Counted from the stretch's first letter, positions 1 through 8,093 are shown. The stretch is 16,303 bases of DNA from Chthoniobacteraceae bacterium (GCA_037190965.1 JBBCKI010000022.1:1-16303); one strand, 5' to 3'. Made by a program: numbers and translations. The notes: generated by a model not told the origin, from the letters alone.

Positions 1-108
1 CAAAACCCGGGTTTTTCCCAGTCTGGAAACCGGCTTTTGCCGATTGTATGACTTAAAAGGAAAAACGTGCCAATTCCAAAATGCCTACCGAGGAGGATTC
101 CCTCCCCC

Positions 109-161
109 AAAAAAGAAAGAGGGGGCAGTGAAACAAACAGATTCACTGCCCCCTTTCTTTT
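109..161. terminator. Intrinsic terminator of htpG, probably bidirectional
   Basis: Perfect 12-bp stem GGGGGCAGTGAA (121-132) / TTCACTGCCCCC (142-153), flanked by an A-rich tract (109-120) and TTTCTTTT (154-161); ends 16 bp from the htpG stop codon. Confidence 0.85.
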
Positions 162-177
162 GACGTGATTCGTCTTT

Positions 178-2019
178 TTACGCCTTCTCTTTCCCGGCGA
201 GCAACTGTTCCAGCAGCTCATTCATCCGGCTGAGCATTTCGCGTGGATCTTCCAGCAACCCGGCAGCAACGCGGGCGTTGTCGAAGATCTGCTCGGCCAC
301 CTTGGCCGCCAGGGCGGCGTCAGTTTGGCGGAACTTCTCCAGCCGTGCCAGCATGGCGTGGTTCGGGTTGATTTCCAGATCGGGCTTCGCATCGAAGCTC
401 GGACCGCCTTCGCGGTTCATTGCCTTGAACATCCGGCGCATGCTGGAGGTCATGAACTTGTCGCTCTCGACCGCCAGGGCGGGGCTGCCGACGAGCCGCT
501 TGGAGGGGCGCACTTCGTTGACGCGATCGCCGAGGGATTCCTTGATGAACGCGGCGAGCTGCTTGGCTTCCTCTTCGCTCAGGGCGGTTGACTCCTGCTC
601 GATGGAAAGGTCGGCCTTCTCCGCCGCCTTCACCGGCTTGCCGTCGAACTCACGAAGGTGATCCATGACGAACTCGTCGCGCGGGTCGTAGAGGAAGAGC
701 GCCTCGTATTTCTTCTCGCGGAAGACCTCGAAGTGCGGGCTCGCCTCGGCGGCTTCGCGATTGGGGGCGAGGATGAAATAAATCTCCTTCTGCTCCTCCG
801 GCATCCGGGTGACGTAGTCGGCCAGGGAGGTCTCCTTCCCTTTCTCCGTGAAGGACGACTCGAAGCGAAGCAGCTTCGCGAGCGCGCCGCGATGCTCGTA
901 GTCGGTGACAACCCCTTCCTTGAGGCACGGGCCGTGCTCGGCAAAGAATTTCGCGTATTTCTCCGCGTCCGCTTTCGCTTCTTCGTCGAGAAACTTCAGG
1001 AAACGGCCGGTAAGCACCTTGTTGAGCTTCTGGACGAGCGCGGAATCCTGCATGCTCTCGCGAGAGATATTCAGGGGCAGGTCTTCGCTGTCGACGACGC
1101 CGCGCAGGAACCTGAGCCATTCCGGGAAAAGCCCTTTGGCCTTCGCTTCAATCAAGACCTTGCGGCAGTAGAGGTGTACCTCGGATTCCGAACGCCCCAT
1201 GCCGAACTTCTCGATGCTGCGCGCCGGAACGAAGAGCAGCGAACGGATGGCCAGCGGCGCGTCGGCATTGAAGTGGAGCCGGTACTGCGGCGCTTCCGTA
1301 TCGTGGCCGATGTACTCGTAAAACTTGTTGTATTCCTCTTCCGTGATCTCGTTTTTGCTGCGGGTCCAGATGGCCTGGATGGTGTTGACCACCGTGCCGT
1401 TAAGTTCGATGGGGAATTGCACGAAGTTGGAATACCGCTTGATGACGGCTTCCACGCGCTCGCCCTTGGCAAACTCCTCTTCCTTGAGATGCAGGACGAT
1501 CTTCGTCCCGCGCGGCAGATCGGCGGCGGGCTCGATCTCGTACCCCGTCTTCCCGTCGGATTCCCACTTCCATCCCTCCTCTTGGGGCAGATAGGAGCGG
1601 CTGTAAACCGTCACGCGGTCGGCCGCCATAAACGCCGCATAAAACCCGACGCCAAACTGCCCGATCAGGCTGGCATCCGCCTTGTTGGCCTTGAGCTGCT
1701 CCAGAAACGCGCGGGAACCCGAGTGGGCAATCGTGCCGAGGTTGTCGATCAACTCCCCGTGCGTCATCCCAAGGCCCGCGTCGGTGAAGGTGATCGTCTT
1801 GGCGGCTTCGTCCGTGGTGACGGCGATGGAAAGCGGGGCGTCGGGCTGGTAAATTTCGGTGCCGGAGGTTTGCAGGAACTTCAGTTTCTCCGTGGCATCC
1901 GCCGCGTTGGAGATCAACTCGCGAACGAAGATCTCCTTGTCCGTGTAAAGCGAGTGAATGACGATATCGAGCAATTGCGCGATCTCGGCTTGAAACTGGT
2001 GTTTCTCAATGGTGCTCAT
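178..2019 (-). CDS. htpG: Molecular chaperone HtpG (Hsp90)
   Basis: 613 aa with FQAE..LLD..IHSLY.DKEIFVRELISNA.DA, NLGTIAHSGS, LIGQFGVGFY, FLRGVVDSEDLPLNISRE and LEINP.H motifs. Confidence 0.98.
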   Translation of the reverse strand: MSTIEKHQFQAEIAQLLDIVIHSLYTDKEIFVRELISNAADATEKLKFLQTSGTEIYQPDAPLSIAVTTDEAAKTITFTDAGLGMTHGELIDNLGTIAHSGSRAFLEQLKANKADASLIGQFGVGFYAAFMAADRVTVYSRSYLPQEEGWKWESDGKTGYEIEPAADLPRGTKIVLHLKEEEFAKGERVEAVIKRYSNFVQFPIELNGTVVNTIQAIWTRSKNEITEEEYNKFYEYIGHDTEAPQYRLHFNADAPLAIRSLLFVPARSIEKFGMGRSESEVHLYCRKVLIEAKAKGLFPEWLRFLRGVVDSEDLPLNISRESMQDSALVQKLNKVLTGRFLKFLDEEAKADAEKYAKFFAEHGPCLKEGVVTDYEHRGALAKLLRFESSFTEKGKETSLADYVTRMPEEQKEIYFILAPNREAAEASPHFEVFREKKYEALFLYDPRDEFVMDHLREFDGKPVKAAEKADLSIEQESTALSEEEAKQLAAFIKESLGDRVNEVRPSKRLVGSPALAVESDKFMTSSMRRMFKAMNREGGPSFDAKPDLEINPNHAMLARLEKFRQTDAALAAKVAEQIFDNARVAAGLLEDPREMLSRMNELLEQLLAGKEKA

Positions 2020-2032
2020 AGTAAAAACGCGG

Positions 2033-2062
2033 ACTGTAGCGGAGTTCCGTCTCTTCTCTCAA
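2033..2062 (-). promoter_or_regulatory. Putative sigma70-type promoter for htpG
   Basis: Minus strand TTGAGA-N18-TACAGT, ending 13 bp before the ATG. This implies a very short leader without an SD. No CIRCE element seen. Confidence 0.45.
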
Positions 2063-2097
2063 GCGCAAGAACACCCCAAAAAACGAAATGTGAAGCC

Positions 2098-3012
2098 ATG
2101 GCTGAAAATCCTATCCTCGTTGATCCTTCGCAACTCGCGGAGAAACTGAAGGCTCCCACTCCTCCCCTGTTGATCGACGTCCGGTCGGAGGCCGACTATG
2201 CGCAGGCGCATCTGCCGTCCGCAAAAAACAACTGTGTCTACGAAGTCGTCTTCATGAATCGAATGGACGAACTGGGCGTGAACCGCGACACCCCCGTTTG
2301 CGTCTACGGAAACGGTGCAGACACCCACGAATCCCGCATGGCGGCAGCGAAGCTGTCCCGCGGCGGCTATAGGGAGGTTCTGGAGCTTCGCGCCGGTTTC
2401 GACGGCTGGAACGCGGCGGGCCAGCCTATAGAGAAGGGTACGCCCCCACCCCCTGTTGCAAAAGAAGAGCTGGAGGGTTCCCGAGCCGTCGATCTTGAAC
2501 TCAGCCGGGTGGAATGGACGGGACGCAATCTGCTCAACAGGCACAACGGCACCCTGGGGATCAAATCCGGCGTCCTGCAGTTTGAGCAGGGCAAACTTGT
2601 CGGCGGCGAGTTTGTCTTCGACATGCAGTCCATCGACTGCGCGGATCTCAAAGGAGACCCGTTGCACGATGTCCTCGTCGCCCACCTCCGGAGCGACGAT
2701 TTCTTCGACACCGAGCTTTATCCCGAAGCCCGCTTCGTCATCACTGGTGCAAGCATCCTGCCCGACGCGGTGCCGGGCGTCCCTAATCTCTCCGTCCACG
2801 GCGAATTGACGATCAAAGGAGTCACCCTGCCTCTCGACTTTCTGGCCACCGCGGGCTACACCGACGAAGGCAGGATGGCCGCTCAATCGGTGATTCTCTT
2901 CGACCGGACGCTTTGGAATGTGATCTACGGTTCTGGCCGCTTCTTCCGGGATCTCGGTCCTCATCTCGTCAATAATCTGGTCGAAATTCAGCTCCGGATC
3001 GTCACGAAATAG
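2098..3012 (+). CDS. Rhodanese-like domain / YceI (polyisoprenoid-binding) fusion protein, 304 aa
   Basis: C-terminal part of ORF 658..3012, with the real start at ATG 2098 (MAENPILVDP). N-terminal LLIDVRS..DY..AHLPSA and EL.AGFDGW..AG.P are rhodanese features. C-terminal S.VEWTG...H.G and HLRSDDFFD.E.YPEARF..GELTIKGVT are YceI features. Confidence 0.9.
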   Translation: MAENPILVDPSQLAEKLKAPTPPLLIDVRSEADYAQAHLPSAKNNCVYEVVFMNRMDELGVNRDTPVCVYGNGADTHESRMAAAKLSRGGYREVLELRAGFDGWNAAGQPIEKGTPPPPVAKEELEGSRAVDLELSRVEWTGRNLLNRHNGTLGIKSGVLQFEQGKLVGGEFVFDMQSIDCADLKGDPLHDVLVAHLRSDDFFDTELYPEARFVITGASILPDAVPGVPNLSVHGELTIKGVTLPLDFLATAGYTDEGRMAAQSVILFDRTLWNVIYGSGRFFRDLGPHLVNNLVEIQLRIVTK

Positions 3013-3017
3013 GGCCC

Positions 3018-3506
3018 ATGAGTTCACGTCCCATTCATCCCGGAGCCCGCATCGGCCATGTTCACCTGAAGGTTGCCGACCTCGAACGGGCCATTGCCTT
3101 TTACCACGACGTGCTGGGGTTTGAGATTACCCAGCGCCATGGGAACCAGGTCGCCTTCCTTTCCGCAGGGGGCTACCACCATCATATCGCGTTGAACACC
3201 TGGGAAAGCGAAGGCGGCAGCCCTCCACCGCCCGGAACCACGGGGCTCTACCATCTGGCCATTCTCTACCCAAGCCGCGCGGAATTGGCCGACGCCTTGC
3301 GCCGTCTCGTCAACGCGGGCATCTCCCTCGAAGGGGCGTCCGACCATGGTGTCAGCGAAGCCCTTTATCTGCGAGACCCTGACGGCAACGGTGTGGAGCT
3401 CTACTGGGATCGCCCTATGGAAGAATGGCCGCGCACCGCCGACAACCGCATTGCGATGTTCACCAAAGCGCTTGATCTCGACGGGCTTTTGAAAACGACG
3501 GCATAA
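3018..3506 (+). CDS. VOC family protein (CatE/catechol 2,3-dioxygenase-like, single domain)
   Basis: IGHVHLKVADL, GGYHHHIALNTW, GLYHLAILYP and DHGVSEALYLRDPDGNGVELY motifs; starts 5 bp after the upstream stop, so probably co-transcribed. Confidence 0.92.
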   Translation: MSSRPIHPGARIGHVHLKVADLERAIAFYHDVLGFEITQRHGNQVAFLSAGGYHHHIALNTWESEGGSPPPPGTTGLYHLAILYPSRAELADALRRLVNAGISLEGASDHGVSEALYLRDPDGNGVELYWDRPMEEWPRTADNRIAMFTKALDLDGLLKTTA

Positions 3507-3543
3507 AAAAGTCCCGCTCCCCATTGAAGAGGAGCGGGACTTT
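3505..3543. terminator. Bidirectional terminator between the convergent VOC and autotransporter genes
   Basis: 13-bp stem AAAGTCCCGCTCC (3508-3520) / GGAGCGGGACTTT (3531-3543); T6 tail on the minus strand. Confidence 0.85.
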
Positions 3544-3691
3544 GAATTGGATTTCTTGGAAGCCGCCGTTTCCTCGTTACCAATCTCCCGATTGGTAATG
3601 CCATTGTCCCCGAATCTCTGATTCGAAAGCCTTGTCACCCCGTGCAGCGTTCTGAAACGGACAGGGTTGCGAAATTTCTCGGCTCAGGACA

Positions 3692-6646
3692 CTAGAAGCT
3701 GACCCGGAAGCCGCCGTTCACGCCGTTGGAACTGTAGTTCGAACGACCAATCTCGCCCGTGTAATAGGCAAAGGCCGAGATACTCGGGTTGAACTGCACT
3801 GTCGCGCCCGCGTCCAGCACGAGGCTGTCACGACCGATCCGGGGGCCGTTGACCGTGAAGGTGCTGTCGGCTCCGACGAAGCTCGATTCGATGGCTGCCG
3901 TGCTGTCGAGGTATTCGTGCTGCCACTGGGCGCGCACTTCGGGGGTCACCACGACCTTGCCAATGTTGAAGGCGTAGGAAGCCTTCGCGCCGATGGCAGA
4001 CTTCAGCGATTCCTGGTGCTGCGAGGGGAAGCGCAGACGGGCGTCACCGCTCCCCGTTTCCTGGAAGCTATCGAGCCCGAGGTAGGTGTACTGAAGCGAG
4101 GCAACCGGCCCCACCGTCAGACCGCCCACGCGGAAGTCGTAACCACCACCCAACAACGCGTCGAACTGGCCGCCGGTGGTGTCGCTATTGGAGCGCCCGC
4201 CCAGCCCGCTGCGCGTGATGTCGTAGGCATTGTAGCCACCGCCCACCGAAGCATTCACGTAGTAGCTCTCGTTGAAGAGCGTGCCATAGACGCTGGCCTT
4301 GCCACTGTTGACGGAAACTTCTCCGCCCTTATAAAGGTCGGCGCTGGTGTTGGCGTAGCTTCCGGCGATACCGACAAGCAGGTTGTCGTTGATCCGGTAA
4401 TCGCCGCCGATGGTCAGGCCGCCAGTGGTGAATTCGGAGCCGCGAGCCCGCGAGGTCGATTCGATATCGGCCCATTCGCCGTTGCCGGTGGCAAAGAAGC
4501 TCCAGCGGCTTTCGATCACGGAAGGGATGACCGTTTGCTTGCCGACGAGGCTCTTGCCGTCAAACCCGGCGATCGAGAGTCCGTCCTTGCCGCCCATCGC
4601 GATCGGAGCTCCATCGAAAGAGACGGTGCCGCGAGAGTTGGTCAGGGTCAGCCCGTTGGCGCTGAATCCCCGGGACCCGCGCCGCGCGTCTTCGAGGCGA
4701 CGCTCGATGTTGTTGTTCTGGATCTGCGCCCCCGAGAAGCCGATGTTGAAGATCACGGCAAGCTGTTCTGGCGACAGGAGCGAAAGGACATCCGGCAGGT
4801 TCTCGACCGTCACTTCGTTGAGGTCGTTAATGAGTCCCTTGAGCTGACCTTTTGCCATCGCCTTGTTGAGCGCTTTCGCGATGGAGCGTTGGTTGGGGCT
4901 CAAGCTTGCGAGACTGGTGAAGGAGTCCTGCACCCCTTCGAGCCAGACGCTGTTGAGATCATAACCGACCTTGAAGCGGCGGAGCGTCCTCCGTTCGAGA
5001 GCGCGGTATTTCCCAATGACGCCACCTTCGGCTTCGAGGAAAACGACTTTGTCGCCGACCTTCACCTTGTAACCATCGAGGTATCCGACGCGCAGCTTTC
5101 CGTCGAGAAACGCCGTGCCGGAAACATAAATGGTGTCGAACTGGAAGTTATCCACATCGAGAATGTCGATATGGGTCGTGCCCTTCGAGTACTGGATAAA
5201 GTCCTGGCCGATATGGAGCGAACCAATCCGGGGATCGGATGGCTGTGGCATCATGAGCATTGGCATCTGCCCGAAGCCGCCGGGATTAACAATGCCACCG
5301 TAATTGCTGAGCGTCGTCCGAACGGAACCGTTACCCCTGAGTGTACCTCCCTCGATCCATACCCGCTCCACGCTGCCTGCGATGTCAAGTGAGCCTCTGA
5401 TCAGGACTGTATCCCCTGTATAGGAAGTGTCCCCTGCCAGAACCAAATTCCCCGCCCCCGTCTTAATGAGGTTCCCTGAGCCCGCAATGTCACCGTAGAA
5501 AAAGCCGTCTGCGGCGCTGTTCGTGGTGAGGGTGGCAGATCCAAGGTCGATGAACCCATTCCCAGAGCCCCATGCTCCGATGGCGCCGACTTCCTGGTCG
5601 TAATGGTTCAAATCGAGAGCTCCCCCCCAGAAGTGAAGATCAATCCCCTTTGAAAGGACGTTTTCGGCCCCAGCCCGCACGGTCCCGTTTGCAAAAGCGA
5701 GGCCGCCCACATAGTCATTGGAACCGGTGAGGGTCAACGTTCCGCTTCCCTCCTTAACAAAGCCACCGTGCCCGGTCATGCGTCCGTCAAAGGTCGTGTC
5801 ACCGCTGTTATCGAGGGTCAGTACGGAGCGGGTAAAATCTCCCTCCGGGCTGGAGAAAAGAATCGTCCCATTGCCGCTCAACGAGGAGACCTCTTGATTG
5901 GTCTGCCCCACATCGAAAATGCCGGAATCCTGAACGATCAGATTTCCGCGAAAAACCCAATCGTTGCCTGCGCGCAATGTTCCATTGGAGACGATGGTAC
6001 TCCCCGAAGCTCCGTTGGTTCCGGTCAGAATGGTCGTGCCTGCACCGGCCTGCACGAAATCGCCCGACCCGATCATATTTCCGGAAATCGTGTTCGTCCC
6101 GCTGGCCGTAAGCACTCTGATAACACCATCGTTGATAATCACATTGGAGAATACGCTCCCATTGGCGAGATAGAGATGAAGCTCTCCATCAGTGCCCGAT
6201 TCAATCGTAATATAGCTGGCGCCGCTAATCGAACCGGTCACTCCGCTATCGCTATCACCGATTGATAGCACACCACCCCTAATCGTAGTATCTCCTGTAT
6301 AACTATTGGAGCCCGTTAAATAGACAGTGCCCCAGGCAGCCGTCTTTTCGAGGCTTGCCGATCCGGTGAGATCGGCGGACACCCAACCTCTTCCAAGCTG
6401 ATACTGCCCCGAGACGACAAGCGGACTGCCCACAATCATGGCACCGTCAGTCAGAATAACGTTGTCGTACACCGTGTTTGGCGGAGTCACAACCCAAGCG
6501 TCTTCGCTGACAACAAGATCTTCCGCCTTTGCGCTTCCCGCCATGATGGCTGTTGCGAATAAAGCCGCCGAAAGCTTGCGAACTGTATTATTAAATACGT
6601 TATTAGATTGCCTGGTGAAACCAGAATTGGATAGGCCGATTCTCAT
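3692..6646 (-). CDS. Type Va autotransporter with passenger-associated beta-strand (PATR) repeats
   Basis: N-terminal signal-like segment ending AKA. Four K/Q.G.G...L.G.N.Y.G.T-type repeats at about 6350-6260, 6060-5965, 5765-5670 and 5470-5380. C-terminal barrel ends GGFRVSF (terminal Phe). The exact start codon is uncertain. Confidence 0.93.
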   Translation of the reverse strand: MRIGLSNSGFTRQSNNVFNNTVRKLSAALFATAIMAGSAKAEDLVVSEDAWVVTPPNTVYDNVILTDGAMIVGSPLVVSGQYQLGRGWVSADLTGSASLEKTAAWGTVYLTGSNSYTGDTTIRGGVLSIGDSDSGVTGSISGASYITIESGTDGELHLYLANGSVFSNVIINDGVIRVLTASGTNTISGNMIGSGDFVQAGAGTTILTGTNGASGSTIVSNGTLRAGNDWVFRGNLIVQDSGIFDVGQTNQEVSSLSGNGTILFSSPEGDFTRSVLTLDNSGDTTFDGRMTGHGGFVKEGSGTLTLTGSNDYVGGLAFANGTVRAGAENVLSKGIDLHFWGGALDLNHYDQEVGAIGAWGSGNGFIDLGSATLTTNSAADGFFYGDIAGSGNLIKTGAGNLVLAGDTSYTGDTVLIRGSLDIAGSVERVWIEGGTLRGNGSVRTTLSNYGGIVNPGGFGQMPMLMMPQPSDPRIGSLHIGQDFIQYSKGTTHIDILDVDNFQFDTIYVSGTAFLDGKLRVGYLDGYKVKVGDKVVFLEAEGGVIGKYRALERRTLRRFKVGYDLNSVWLEGVQDSFTSLASLSPNQRSIAKALNKAMAKGQLKGLINDLNEVTVENLPDVLSLLSPEQLAVIFNIGFSGAQIQNNNIERRLEDARRGSRGFSANGLTLTNSRGTVSFDGAPIAMGGKDGLSIAGFDGKSLVGKQTVIPSVIESRWSFFATGNGEWADIESTSRARGSEFTTGGLTIGGDYRINDNLLVGIAGSYANTSADLYKGGEVSVNSGKASVYGTLFNESYYVNASVGGGYNAYDITRSGLGGRSNSDTTGGQFDALLGGGYDFRVGGLTVGPVASLQYTYLGLDSFQETGSGDARLRFPSQHQESLKSAIGAKASYAFNIGKVVVTPEVRAQWQHEYLDSTAAIESSFVGADSTFTVNGPRIGRDSLVLDAGATVQFNPSISAFAYYTGEIGRSNYSSNGVNGGFRVSF

Positions 6647-6657
6647 ATTAAGTCAGG

Positions 6658-6686
6658 CTTGTATCAATGCCATATCCAGCCGTCAA
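6658..6686 (-). promoter_or_regulatory. Possible sigma70 promoter for the autotransporter
   Basis: Minus strand TTGACG-N17-TACAAG in an AT-rich intergenic region; the -10 lacks the final T. Confidence 0.35.
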
Positions 6687-6790
6687 CGCAATCAATGACC
6701 AGCGATGAGAATCCAATGACAATCAAATCTTATTTAAAACATTGATTGTATAACAAACCCCATAAACCCCGTTCACTTTTGAGATTATTA

Positions 6791-7534
6791 CTATATACCA
6801 ATGCCGCAAAAAACCGCCAGATCCGTAGGGAACGGAGCCCGCCAATCATAGACCAGCCCTTCAGACTCCACCCGTAGCCGCTCCGAATGAAGCGCGTGCC
6901 GGTTCAGGAGGAGCTTCTTTTGCAAAGCGTCGCTCCAGCCGGTTTCGATAAACTCCAGATAGCACCGTTGGTCGGGGCCGTAAATTTTGTCGCCCACGAT
7001 GGGATGCCCGGCATGGGCCAGATGCACGCGGATCTGATGGGTCCGCCCCGTGAGCGGATAGGCCCGTACCTGTGCGAAGCGGTTCCCTGCCGTAGTGGCC
7101 TTTTCGAAACGACGCTCAACCACAAAGCGGGTCATCGCTTCGGCTCCCTCGGGATGAACACAGCGCTTCAGATAGATCGGGCTCGGGGAACGTTCGCCCT
7201 GCCGGAGAATCGGCGCGTTCACGACAAACTCGTCCTGCTCCGGCCATCCCCAGACGACCGCGAGGTACTCCTTGGCAAAGGCACGGTGTTTCATCGCTTC
7301 GTGAAAACGCCGGGCCGCGCCTGCCGTTTTGCAGACGAGGACCAGGCCGCTGGTTTCGCGGTCAAGCCGATTGATGATCGAAATCTGCCCGCCAAGCGTC
7401 AGTTCATACGCCAGGAGGCCGCGCAGGCCGTCCCAGAGCGTCGGCGGGCCGCCGGGCTTCTTGGGGTGGACCTGAAGAAAGGGCGGCTTATTGACGACAA
7501 TCCACTCCTCAGTTTCTTCGATCACGCTGAACAT
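6791..7534 (-). CDS. RluA-family RNA pseudouridine synthase, 247 aa, no S4 domain
   Basis: VVNKP, INRLDRETSGLVL (catalytic Asp), KEYLAVV, TGRTHQIRVHLAHAGHPIVGDKIY and RHALH motifs. Likely start ATG 7534 (MFSVIEE); the 7744 start would overlap the HIT gene. Confidence 0.93.
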   Translation of the reverse strand: MFSVIEETEEWIVVNKPPFLQVHPKKPGGPPTLWDGLRGLLAYELTLGGQISIINRLDRETSGLVLVCKTAGAARRFHEAMKHRAFAKEYLAVVWGWPEQDEFVVNAPILRQGERSPSPIYLKRCVHPEGAEAMTRFVVERRFEKATTAGNRFAQVRAYPLTGRTHQIRVHLAHAGHPIVGDKIYGPDQRCYLEFIETGWSDALQKKLLLNRHALHSERLRVESEGLVYDWRAPFPTDLAVFCGIGI

Positions 7535-7590
7535 GGGGGCGGAAAGTTTCAAAAATGAATCGGGTTTTCCCCGCACGAAAAGCCAAAAGG

Positions 7591-7620
7591 TTGTCACAGC
7601 CGGGCGGAAAATGCTACCCA
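7591..7620 (+). promoter_or_regulatory. Possible promoter for the HIT gene
   Basis: TTGTCA-N18-TACCCA with an extended -10 TG; weak -10 match. Confidence 0.3.
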
Positions 7621-7650
7621 AGGGTAACACAGGAACATCGGAATACCGCC

Positions 7651-7989
7651 ATGACTCTCTTTGAAAAAATCGCACGCCGGGAAATTCCGGCAAACATCGT
7701 TCACGAAGAGGAAGATTTTCTGGCCTTCCACGACATTTCGCCACAGGCCCCCGTGCATGTTTTGATCATCCCAAAACGGGTGATCCCCCGGATTGCGGAG
7801 GCCGCGCCCGGCGACGCCGAATTGCTTGGGAAAATGTTGGCCGCCTCTGGAGCGATCGCGGAGAAACTCGGCGTTCGCGAGAGCGGCTATCGCCTCGTCA
7901 TCAACAACGGACGCGACGCGGGGGAGGCTGTTCCGCATCTCCACATTCACCTGCTCGGCCAGCGTCCCCTTGCCTGGCCTCCGGGGTAG
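7651..7989 (+). CDS. hinT: Histidine triad nucleotide-binding protein (HINT family), 112 aa
   Basis: MTLFEKI..REIPA, AFHDISPQAPVHVLIIPK, GYRLVINNG..AG..VPHLHIHLLG and WPPG C-terminus. Confidence 0.95.
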   Translation: MTLFEKIARREIPANIVHEEEDFLAFHDISPQAPVHVLIIPKRVIPRIAEAAPGDAELLGKMLAASGAIAEKLGVRESGYRLVINNGRDAGEAVPHLHIHLLGQRPLAWPPG

Positions 7990-8000
7990 GTACGCAAATC

Positions 8001-8045
8001 GACGGCGGGCACCGTTATCGATGCGTCCGCCGTCAGTTCTTTATT
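8001..8045 (+). terminator. Putative terminator after the HIT gene
   Basis: Stem GACGGCGG (8001-8008) / CCGCCGTC (8027-8034) followed by AGTTCTTTATT. Confidence 0.55.
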
Positions 8046-8093
8046 GCGCCAAGGCGCTTTCGCCTTCCCCCTTCGCTTTCGCCTTACCCTTCG

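Noticed and set aside
57..73. Possible sigma54 promoter TTGGCACG on the minus strand
   Set aside because: The -24 element matches but the -12 position reads TCCT rather than TTGC.
658..2097. 480-codon N-terminal extension of the rhodanese-YceI ORF (784-aa ORF) antisense to htpG
   Set aside because: Codon-registered antisense shadow of a GC-rich gene; no recognisable domain until Met at 2098.
3600..3690. SAM-I riboswitch-like GCAACC...GGTG segment on the minus strand
   Set aside because: Lacks the AUC/GAU P1 and kink-turn/pseudoknot consensus, and sits 3' of a gene with no downstream ORF; retained only as an unknown structured element.
7355..7380. RluA motif II reads NRLD instead of HRLD
   Set aside because: The catalytic Asp and the other motifs are intact; a minor variant, not evidence of inactivation.
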